A stretch of DNA of 64,000 nt, from contig CAYGXJ010000118.1 in the NCBI GenBank assembly GCA_964353865.1, positions 2,049 through 66,048 of the forward strand, written 5' to 3'. Source of the stretch: an uncultured Anaerolineales bacterium (lineage in GTDB: Bacteria > Chloroflexota > Anaerolineae > Anaerolineales > RBG-16-64-43). Within the stretch, counting starts at the first letter, position 1, and the number at the start of each line of letters is the position of its first letter. Below the pieces are notes generated by a model, which made no database searches, was not told the origin of the DNA, and saw only the letters and a list, made by a program, of their open reading frames with translations. Made by a program: the position numbers and the translations under genes. Shown here one piece after another: positions 56,209 through 63,538 of the stretch.

Positions 56209-57083
56209 TGAGCGATCTCCTTCTCGGCGACGAACGCGCCGTGCCAGGTATGCGGCCACACCTGGCCGCTCAGTCCGTTCACGCTGAGCATACCCACCGG
56301 CTTTCCATCGACCTGGTAGTCAAACGTGTAGTAACCGTAGAAACTCACTCCACCCTCGGCCAAGACGGCACCTGGCTGCGTATCATCGAGGAATAGCTGC
56401 GCCTTCTCGCGCGCCGCATCGAGAGTGATCGAGTTGTCGACCGTCTCGGTGCGCGAGCTGCGCATGTGCCCGTACTTCGTGTTCCACATCATGTTCGGGC
56501 CCGGCTCCGGGTGAACGGCACCGGTTCGCGGGTCGATGAGTACTTCCAGTGCGCCGCGGCCGGTCTCCTTCTCAAGGATCAGCGCATAGAAGTTCGGGTC
56601 GAATTCCATCACTTCCGAAACGGTCAGCCCCGGGTCGATCGATTGCGCGTACGATCGTGCCTTCTCGACGGCCGAATCCAGTGTGATGCGTTCGCCCCGA
56701 GTTGTGGGTGGCACACCGCCCAAGCCCCACATCCCGCCGCGGGGCATCAGCCGGCTCTCGTTGCGCAGGCAGGCACCGTTCTGGTCACCGTAGTCACGCC
56801 ACGAGCCCATCATTCCGCCCGGCATACCGCCGAAGCCGTCGAAAGGGCACGTCTCCTGCCCGCCGCGCGGGGTGGTGCCGAAACCCGGCATCCTCCGCTG
56901 TCGGTCCGTCCAGCGGAATCCGAAGAACGGCAGCGTGTCGTCGGGTGTCCTGCCCGATTGCGGGGCGAGGGCCGCCGCCCTTTCTTGCGTGCGCACGATG
57001 AGCGCGCCGGCGCCGGCTGCTCCGCCCACGCCCAGCGCAAGGGCCAGCACGACCACCCCCGTCCAAAGCAATGCCTTTCGCAT
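56205..57083 (-). CDS. Exported Gly/Met-rich protein with PepSY-like repeats
   Basis: Signal anchor; GGMPGGMMG; EVMEF..NFY; PEPGPNMMWNTKYGHM; FYGYYT; MLSVNG..GQVW.HTWHG. Confidence 0.7.
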   Translation of the reverse strand: MRKALLWTGVVVLALALGVGGAAGAGALIVRTQERAAALAPQSGRTPDDTLPFFGFRWTDRQRRMPGFGTTPRGGQETCPFDGFGGMPGGMMGSWRDYGDQNGACLRNESRLMPRGGMWGLGGVPPTTRGERITLDSAVEKARSYAQSIDPGLTVSEVMEFDPNFYALILEKETGRGALEVLIDPRTGAVHPEPGPNMMWNTKYGHMRSSRTETVDNSITLDAAREKAQLFLDDTQPGAVLAEGGVSFYGYYTFDYQVDGKPVGMLSVNGLSGQVWPHTWHGAFVAEKEIAQ

Positions 57084-57160
57084 TCTTCACCTCATTTTGG
57101 ATGTGCCGGATCGCGGGCCGTTGGGCCCGCAAGGTTTCCCGGCCGGTTTCTATCTACCCG

Positions 57161-57215
57161 AAGATACCCTTCGCCTGTGAAGACGGTGTGAAGGCGGCCT
57201 GAAGGATGAGTGAAC
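57161..57215 (-). promoter_or_regulatory. Four OmpR/PhoB-type direct repeats plus -10
   Basis: Plus strand GTGAAG (57177), GTGAAG (57188), CTGAAG (57199), GTGAAC (57210), an exact 11-bp period; TATCTT lies 10 nt downstream on the minus strand. Confidence 0.7.
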
Positions 57216-57304
57216 GCCGCACTCCGCCGCGAGCGACACGGTGGATCCCTCCATTTGCCGTGCTATACTCCGTCGGCACTGTACCCCGCAGGAGGACTCC
57301 GCCC

Positions 57305-58270
57305 ATGCGCGCGCTGCTCATCGCCCACAACAGCTCGGTTGCCCGGAGCACCGACTTCGAGCATCTCGATCGCGACCTGGCCGCGCCGGGCAATCAGGTC
57401 TGGCTCGATATCGAGCGCCCGCAGGAGGACGACATTGCCCTGCTGCGCGAGAAATATCATTTCCACCCGCTGGCCATCGAAGACGCCACTCGCGCCTCTG
57501 AACGTCCGAAGGTTGACCTGTACAACGACTACTACTCGCTGGCGTTCTATGCCACGCGGCTGATTAGCGAGACGGGCGACCTCGACCTTCAACCCTTCCA
57601 TCTCTTCGTGGGGGCCAATTACCTGGTGTCGATCCACGAGCAGCCGCTGCCTGAGGTGGTGGGCAGCATGGCCCGCTGGGAACTCAAGAATGGCCCCCTG
57701 CAACCGAAGATCGGGGCGGCAGTGCACGCACTGCTGGATGCCGTGGTGGACGAGTATTTCCCACTGATGGACCAGATTGCCGACCGGGTGGACGAACTCG
57801 AGGACTCGCTCTTCACCGAGTACGACCCGAAGTCGCTGGAAACCATCTTCCGCCTCAAGAAGGGGCTGCTCAACATGCGGCGGGTGGTGGCACCCGAACG
57901 GGACGTGCTCAACCACCTGTTGCGGCGCGAGCTGCCCGTGTTCACCACCGAGGACGTGGCCTATCTGCAAGACGTCTACGACCACCTGGTGCGGGTCACC
58001 GACAGCGTCGATACCTACCGCGACCTGCTTTCGAACGCGCTCGACAGCTTCCTCTCGGTCCAATCGAATCGCCTCAACCAGGTGGTCAAAGTGCTGACCA
58101 TCGCCTCGATTCTGCTCATGTCGAGTTCGCTCATCGCGGGTATCTACGGAATGAATTTCGTCCATATGCCGGAGATACAGTGGCCCCTGGGCTATGCGTG
58201 GGCCCTCGGCCTCATGGCCACAGTCAGCACGTCGCTCATCCTCTTCTTCCGCTGGCGCAAGTGGCTATAA
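57305..58270 (+). CDS. corA: Magnesium/cobalt transporter CorA
   Basis: FHPLAIED, YLQDVYDHL, GIYGMNF..MPE; TGcTATACT promoter at 57261-57269. Confidence 0.95.
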   Translation: MRALLIAHNSSVARSTDFEHLDRDLAAPGNQVWLDIERPQEDDIALLREKYHFHPLAIEDATRASERPKVDLYNDYYSLAFYATRLISETGDLDLQPFHLFVGANYLVSIHEQPLPEVVGSMARWELKNGPLQPKIGAAVHALLDAVVDEYFPLMDQIADRVDELEDSLFTEYDPKSLETIFRLKKGLLNMRRVVAPERDVLNHLLRRELPVFTTEDVAYLQDVYDHLVRVTDSVDTYRDLLSNALDSFLSVQSNRLNQVVKVLTIASILLMSSSLIAGIYGMNFVHMPEIQWPLGYAWALGLMATVSTSLILFFRWRKWL

Positions 58271-58335
58271 ACGCCCCGGCGGCGCCCACCACGGCCATCG
58301 GAAACAAGAGGCTGCCTTCCCCAAGGCTGACGGCT

Positions 58336-58721
58336 ACCTTCTTGTCAGAGATCGTCGCCACCAAGCCTGAGGAGATCGCCGGAATACGGCTAGTGAAGAA
58401 CCTCGTCGGTCAGGGTGGCATGGTGAGATCCCCGGCCCATCTGACGTTTCGTCAGGATGGCACGTTCTCCTTCGATGAGATTGATGACCCGATGCACATC
58501 TTGGGTGGGCGCTCGGTTTCACCGACGGGCAGGTTACTCTCGACAGTCAGGAGTGCTACGGCGAAGCCAGGGCGCTCTTCTACCATTGCACGATGACCTT
58601 CACCATATTCTCGACCTTGCAGGCAGGCAAGCCGGTGCGGATCCGGCTTGTCTCGGGTCGCAATACTGGCGTATCCATTGTTAGCGTCAATGGCAAGGCC
58701 TTGATGCTGGACGAACCGTAG
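58336..58721 (+). pseudogene. 5'-truncated, frameshifted cassette ORF remnant
   Basis: One frame reads EIVATKPEEIAGI...LTFRQDGTFSFDE; after a shift near 58510 another reads LGFTDGQVTLDSQEC...NGKALMLDEP*, ending about 70 bp before attC1. Confidence 0.35.
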
Positions 58722-58792
58722 ACAACGCCAGGCCCCCTTTTGGGTGCAGCAGGTCAGCCTGCCTCGGCGGTCCACGAGCCGTTCAGGACGCT

Positions 58793-58946
58793 GCCCAACA
58801 ACGCGCTGCCTGCCCGGACCGCAGGCCAGGGAAGCTGACCCGGCGGGCGTCGCCTCGGTAGGAGCATGCGTGGCCTGCCGGCTTTCCGCATAGTCGCGCC
58901 AGGTCTGCCCGCTTCCGCCGGGCGGCCTAGCTCGAGGCCGTTGTGC
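58793..58946 (+). repeat. attC site 1, with a 23-bp insertion at 58809-58831
   Basis: R'' GCCCAAC ... AAGCTGACCCGGCGG / CCGCCGGGCGGCCTAGC ... R' GTTGTGC. Confidence 0.8.
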
Positions 58947-59076
58947 GGTGAAGTGGCCCGTGCCCCGAGAACCATTGGCTCGTGCCTCAGGCCCGCAGGA
59001 CGGGCCACCCTAAGGAGCGTGAGGTGGGTGTCCGCTCGGCCTGGGGCGGCAGAGGAGCTACGACGCGGAGCGACCC

Positions 59077-59295
59077 ATGCTCGATCGACCTTCTCGGATC
59101 GTCGCCGCTATTCTGGCGGGCCTCTGGATTGGTGGCGGACTCGCGACCACAGGGACCGCTCTGTGGCTCCGCCCAACCATGCTCCCGGTCCTGGTGGGAC
59201 TCTGCGCGACTGGCTACGGGACACTCTGGGCACGGGTAGCACTGACTGGGCGCCGCCTCACCTGGCGCTCACGGCGAACCAGGATTGAACGGTAA
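59077..59295 (+). CDS. Small two-transmembrane-helix cassette protein
   Basis: 72 aa, two hydrophobic stretches, GGAG ribosome-binding site, between attC1 and attC2. Confidence 0.55.
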   Translation: MLDRPSRIVAAILAGLWIGGGLATTGTALWLRPTMLPVLVGLCATGYGTLWARVALTGRRLTWRSRRTRIER

Positions 59296-59365
59296 CGTGA
59301 GTCGGCTTCAGGTCAGGGCCCTAGCCAACCACGCAGGTTGTCGCGCCGACATGGCTTCATTCGCC

Positions 59366-59543
59366 GCCCAACAATTCGCTTAAACCCCGGGCAGTCACCC
59401 GGGACGGGCTGACCCGGCGGGCTGGGTTTTCGGGGTGGCTTGTCTCGCCCGTCGGCCCGGCCTAGAGTCCTAGTGGCGTAGCCCGCTTCCGCCGGGCAGC
59501 TTGGCTCGCCTGCCCGGGCCGCAGGCCAGGGAGGCCGCTAGGC
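59366..59543 (+). repeat. attC site 2, with insertions at 59385-59408 and 59509-59531
   Basis: R'' GCCCAAC; arms shared with attC1 (CTGACCCGGCGGGC / GCCCGCTTCCGCCGGGCAGC); R' GCTAGGC. Confidence 0.8.
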
Positions 59544-59565
59544 GCCTTCGATGATCGGAGTCAAG

Positions 59566-60138
59566 ATGCTTCACTATCAAGGGGTACGTGACAATGAAAT
59601 CACGTTTAGCGACTTGATCGCCGGTCTAGAGCGCGACAACCTGCCTAGGCTGACCAATGAGATGATCGACACGATTCTGGGTCTGATTGCTGCGTGTGCA
59701 GACCCCGACGTGGTCTTTGAGCCACTTGATCCAGAAGCAGACGATCCGTTTGCAGCAACGCCCGAAGAGGTATGTCTGGCTTGGACTCTGGGCCACGTGA
59801 TTGTTCACATTACAGCGTCGGCTGAGGAATCGGCGTGGCTAGCATCTGAATTGGCGCGGGGGGTGGAACACCACGGTCGTTCAAGGTATGAAGTCCCCTG
59901 GAAAGAGATGAGAACGATAGAAGGGTGCAGGCTGCGCTTGCAGGAGAGTCGACGAATGAGATTGGCAAGCTTGGAAGTGTGGCCGGACGAGGCGCACTTG
60001 GATATTGAGTATCCGGCCTGGACGGATGGCCCCGTTGTGAATGCGATTGGTCGGTTTGTGCTAGGGTTGATGCACGATGACAGTCATCTCGGGCAGATAC
60101 AAGAGATTGTGCGTCAGGCCAAATTCGCGCGTCAGTAG
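59566..60138 (+). CDS. DinB family protein (cassette gene)
   Basis: WTLGHVIVH and HDDSHLGQI His motifs of the DinB/YfiT fold. Confidence 0.8.
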   Translation: MLHYQGVRDNEITFSDLIAGLERDNLPRLTNEMIDTILGLIAACADPDVVFEPLDPEADDPFAATPEEVCLAWTLGHVIVHITASAEESAWLASELARGVEHHGRSRYEVPWKEMRTIEGCRLRLQESRRMRLASLEVWPDEAHLDIEYPAWTDGPVVNAIGRFVLGLMHDDSHLGQIQEIVRQAKFARQ

Positions 60139-60151
60139 CTCGGACGGAGTT

Positions 60152-60339
60152 GCCCAACAACTCGCTTGTGCCGACGCGGCTTCCGCCGCAGGGGGACGCG
60201 CACTGCACTTGCCAGCCTTCTCAGAGGTCATCGAATAGAAGTCGTGCCCGTGACGCCGCGCGGCACCCTGGCCCCCGGCCTGACGGTCCAGCCTGCCCTG
60301 GGGCAGGTCCAGGGGGCAGGCAGTTCGAAGCCGTTAGGC
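60152..60339 (+). repeat. attC site 3, with a 55-bp insertion at 60266-60320
   Basis: R'' GCCCAAC, GTGCCGACGCGGC / GCCGCGCGGCAC arms, R' GTTAGGC. Confidence 0.82.
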
Positions 60340-60394
60340 AGCATCCCTGCCTTTCTGCATGCATGCGCATCGATAGAGAGGGGAGGCTCCAGCA

Positions 60395-61426
60395 ATGTCA
60401 ACGTCGAGTCTGAAAGGATACGCTGCGAAGGCAGTCGGACAACCGCTCGAGCTGTTCGAATATGAACCCCCCGAACTGGGCGAGCTTGACGTCCGCGTCT
60501 CCGTCACCCATTGCGGCCTCTGCCACACTGACATCCACGCGATCGACAATTACTACTCAATAACCAGTTATCCCTTCGTCCCGGGCCACGAGATTGTCGG
60601 TCACATTTCAGTCGTTGGGCGCGCGGTCACCGCGCTGAAGGAAGGTGACCGAGTGGGCATCGGCTGGCAAGGCCGGTCTTGCATGAAGTGCGAATGGTGT
60701 CTAAAGGGAGAAGAACAGCTCTGCATGGACATCGTCCCGTCGGGCACGTGGATCCCGTACGGGGGCTTCTCCTCTTCCGTTGTTGTGGATAGCCGATTTG
60801 CATACCCTCTGCCCACGGCCATGCCCTCCCCGGTGGCCGCTGTGCTCATGTGTGCCGGCGTCACTGTCTATTCCCCACTCCGAACGTACGCCGCCGACCA
60901 CACCAAGAAGGTTGCGGTTATCGGTCTGGGAGGGCTTGGCCATTTGGCAATCCAATTCGCTCATTCACTCGGCTGCGAGGTCACTGCACTTTCCTCCTCC
61001 CCAGCCAAGAGAGAGCAAGCGCTTGCCTTCGGGGCTAATCATTTTATCGACACCAGCGACCAGGCAAGCATGGGACAAGCCGACTATGCATTCGACATCC
61101 TCATGTGCGCGGCGAGCGGCGGGATGAACTGGGAAGCGCTTCTGATGACTTTGAAGAAGAAAGGTAGGCTGGTGTTGCTCGGCTTTCCAGATGTCGTACT
61201 CAACTCAACTGACCTTGTAGCCCACCAGATCTCGATCACAGGCTCCTTCCTCGGGACTCGAGCCACAATGAAGGAGATGCTATCATTTGCGCAGGACCAT
61301 GGCATTACTCCGGTGATTGAACTGATGCCCATGCCCCAAGTCAATGAGGCGATTCGCAAGGTGAAGGAGAACAAGGCCCGCTACCGAATCGTCCTGGCGA
61401 CTCCGACGACGGGAGTTGGCGACTAG
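60395..61426 (+). CDS. Zn-dependent NAD(P)H alcohol dehydrogenase/aldehyde reductase (Ahr/CAD-like, cassette gene)
   Basis: CGLCHTD, PGHEIVG, CxxCxxC..C structural Zn site, MCAGVTVYSPL, GLGGLGH, ARYRIVL. Confidence 0.93.
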   Translation: MSTSSLKGYAAKAVGQPLELFEYEPPELGELDVRVSVTHCGLCHTDIHAIDNYYSITSYPFVPGHEIVGHISVVGRAVTALKEGDRVGIGWQGRSCMKCEWCLKGEEQLCMDIVPSGTWIPYGGFSSSVVVDSRFAYPLPTAMPSPVAAVLMCAGVTVYSPLRTYAADHTKKVAVIGLGGLGHLAIQFAHSLGCEVTALSSSPAKREQALAFGANHFIDTSDQASMGQADYAFDILMCAASGGMNWEALLMTLKKKGRLVLLGFPDVVLNSTDLVAHQISITGSFLGTRATMKEMLSFAQDHGITPVIELMPMPQVNEAIRKVKENKARYRIVLATPTTGVGD

Positions 61427-61517
61427 GGAGATCCATCGAGGCGCGCCGGCACATGCCGTTGTCGACCCAATCGAGCTCGAACCCAATGGCCATGATGATC
61501 GCCTCGACCGAGCGGCG

Positions 61518-61677
61518 GCCTAACCATTCACCGGTGCCGCCGCGGCTTCCGCCGCGGGGGGGAACACGCACTTGCCGGCCGTCTCAGAGGTCATAGAATA
61601 GAACTCGTGCCCACCACGCCGCGCGGCACCCTGGCCTGGGGCAGGTCCAAGGGGCGGGCAGTTCGAGGCCATTGGGC
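61518..61677 (+). repeat. attC site 4 (close paralogue of attC3), with a 30-bp insertion at 61629-61658
   Basis: R'' GCCTAAC; shares CTCAGAGGTCAT.GAATAGAA and both arms with attC3; R' ATTGGGC. Confidence 0.8.
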
Positions 61678-61736
61678 TTCTCTATTGTGTCATTCATGAA
61701 ATCGATATGGAAGTGTAGTTGGGAAACGTGAGTATT

Positions 61737-62161
61737 ATGAAGAAGAACAAGATATCACAGAAGCTGATCGCTATTTGCGGAATGGACTGTCATCTCTGTA
61801 GTGCATATTAGAGAGAGAAGAATGGTTGTCTTGGATGTAGAGAGACGATTGGATTGAGATTAGCTTCCTGTAATTGATGCAAGATTAGGAATTGTGAACA
61901 GGCGGCAAATGGAAGATATCTGTTTTGTTTTAGTTGTGATTTTTGTCCATGTAAGAGTGTAAGAGGATAAAGCACTTAGATAGACGGCATAGGACTAGAT
62001 ACGGCACGAGCATGATTGAAAATCTTGAACTAATAGAGCGTTCTGGTATACGACAATTCCTAATAGATGAGGTAGAAAAGTTGGCTTGTCCCAGGTGCGG
62101 ACAAGTACTATGTGTTCATAAGCCGCATTGCCTATATTGCCAATATGCATGGCGCCAATAA
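61737..62161 (+). pseudogene. Cys-rich DUF3795-like protein, pseudogene, AT-rich cassette
   Basis: LIAICGMDCHLCSAY*REKNGCLGCR...CKIRNC...FCFSCD.CPC...SMIENLE...CPRCG..LCVH..HCLYC. TAG at 61809, TGA at 61875 and an 8-bp tandem duplication TGTAAGAG at 61950-61965. Confidence 0.8.
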
Positions 62162-62181
62162 CACTTGAAGAATAGAAAGAA

Positions 62182-62314
62182 GCCCAACAAGGCGCTGCAG
62201 TTGACCTGGCCCCCGGCCTGGAGTCTTCGTTGGTATGTACTTCGATGACGGGTTGAGTATGATGAACCTAGTCCGGCACAGCCGGCCAGGCAGCTGAGCG
62301 CCAGATCGCTAGGC
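62182..62314 (+). repeat. attC site 5
   Basis: R'' GCCCAAC; GCGCTGCAGTTGACCTGGCC / GGCCAGGCAGCTGAGCGC arms with the typical two unpaired bases; R' GCTAGGC. Confidence 0.85.
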
Positions 62315-62359
62315 GGAGCGCGCCTCCCGCGTCTCGCCTTTCGTCAAGGAGTGAGTGCC

Positions 62360-62755
62360 ATGTCCAACAGTCAGAAGCTCAATTGGCTCAAGCAGATCCT
62401 CGCCGTCAAAACCGCTTTCACCCTGCTCGCATGGGGGCTCCCCGCCCTCCTTGCTCCCCTGTCGCTCTTCCGCCTGCTCGGTGTGCCAACTCCCGACGAC
62501 CCCTTGTTCGTTAGGCTCTTTGGCGCAGTCGTCACGGCGGTTGGGCTGGCATATTGGTATGCCTATAGGGATCCCGTCCGCAATGTGTCAATAGTCAAGG
62601 TGGGAATCCTCGACAACGGGCTTGTCACCCTCGTGATTCTGGTGTTCACTACGTTCTACGGACTCAGGAGCGTCTTCATTTGGGCTTCTGGGTTGCTCAC
62701 ACTCGCATTCTTTGTTTCCTTCATCCTGCTGATGCCGAGACCAGAGGCCGCCTAG
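62360..62755 (+). CDS. Four-transmembrane-helix cassette protein
   Basis: AAGGAG ribosome-binding site; four hydrophobic segments; P..LFVRLFGA motif. Confidence 0.75.
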   Translation: MSNSQKLNWLKQILAVKTAFTLLAWGLPALLAPLSLFRLLGVPTPDDPLFVRLFGAVVTAVGLAYWYAYRDPVRNVSIVKVGILDNGLVTLVILVFTTFYGLRSVFIWASGLLTLAFFVSFILLMPRPEAA

Positions 62756-62796
62756 CCTCGCCACTTCGCTGCCGGGTCTTTTGCCACGCCTAGCCA

Positions 62797-63260
62797 CTTC
62801 CATGAGAAGGCCTTGCTTGTCAAGGGTCGACGTGGCGACCCTGTGGGACCCATCCTCCAAGCGTAGCCCTTTCGCCTCACTTCCATCCGCACTCTTGTGG
62901 GCCCAGGCTATGAGCCCGGTGCCTGTTGGAGTTCGCTCCTGGGGGGCGCTGCCATCCCCGGCCTGCGGCCTGGGCAGGCCCACTGTCGGTTTCCGGCTTT
63001 CGCCGGCCAAGTGGTTAGCCGCAGTCGCCTGAACGGGGCGTAGGCTGGGGATTCGGGTCGCACGGTCGCTTAGGTCTCTTCCTTGACGGTCTTGGTGGTG
63101 GACCTTCCTGCGCACTGCAGGTGCGATCAGATCACGCCGGCTGGGCTATCGGAACCTGGTTGCCAAGTGCCTGGGACGAATGCTCGGGGTTGTAGTCATC
63201 GCCAGTCTTCCAGAGCCGGTGAAGCACGATGGCAAGCTTGCGGGCAATAGCCACGACAGC
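62797..63260 (-). mobile_element. IS110 family (IS1111-type) remnant: transposase C-terminus plus right non-coding end
   Basis: AVVAIARKLAIVLHRLWKTGDDY at 63132-63260; about 330-bp 3' non-coding region ending CTTGACA..GGCCTTCTCATGGAAG. Confidence 0.8.
62860..63040 (-). ncRNA. Putative bridge/seek RNA in the IS non-coding end (boundaries approximate)
   Basis: Four short segments match the insertion flank, the attC L'' box and the IS terminus (see findings). Confidence 0.55.
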
Positions 63261-63465
63261 AGGAAGCCTCGTGCTCCTCAGGTGCGCGCAGGCGGACGGC
63301 CTGCCCTGCCCGTCCACACCGCGTCCGATGCGACACGACGCTCACTCCGCATATCATCCCCAAACGGACAGGATACAAGGGTTCTTCTCTCCCGAAGAGG
63401 AAGGTTTGCGGCAGTGCGATGTGGCGAAGGCAAGAACAAGCAGACGAAAAGAGGAGTCCATATAA
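63261..63465 (+). mobile_element. Possible second IS1111-type right end, without transposase
   Basis: Ends in GAGGAGTCCATATAA, which resembles IS1111 right termini; internal TATCATCC...GGATACAAG motif. Confidence 0.45.
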
Positions 63466-63538
63466 TCAGAGTGAGGCGGTAAGCCCTCGCCTTCCATCGC
63501 CGCAACGTCAGTCATTCTCTCTTGTTCAAGGGGGTGCT

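Larger units (their letters stand above)
58793..62799 (+). mobile_element. Integron gene-cassette array lacking an integrase (CALIN)
   Basis: Five attC-like palindromes plus a sixth left end, each separating one co-oriented ORF; no tyrosine recombinase upstream. Confidence 0.82.

Noticed and set aside
58271-58792. Integron integrase or attI upstream of the array
   Set aside because: No tyrosine-recombinase motifs were found in the frames examined, and there is no room for the gene.
61737-62161. Stop-codon recoding (pyrrolysine TAG or selenocysteine TGA) in the Cys-rich ORF
   Set aside because: The stops are not at Cys-motif positions and there is also a frameshifting 8-bp duplication; pseudogenisation is simpler.
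62205-62220. 16-nt identity CCTGGCCCCCGGCCTG between attC5 and the attC3 insertion
   Set aside because: In attC5 its first part is the normal paired stem; the low-complexity GC match may be chance, so it was not counted as an insertion.
58793-62314. CRISPR array interpretation of the repeated palindromes
   Set aside because: Repeats are 130-190 bp, imperfect and separated by whole genes; no cas genes; the ends fit attC.
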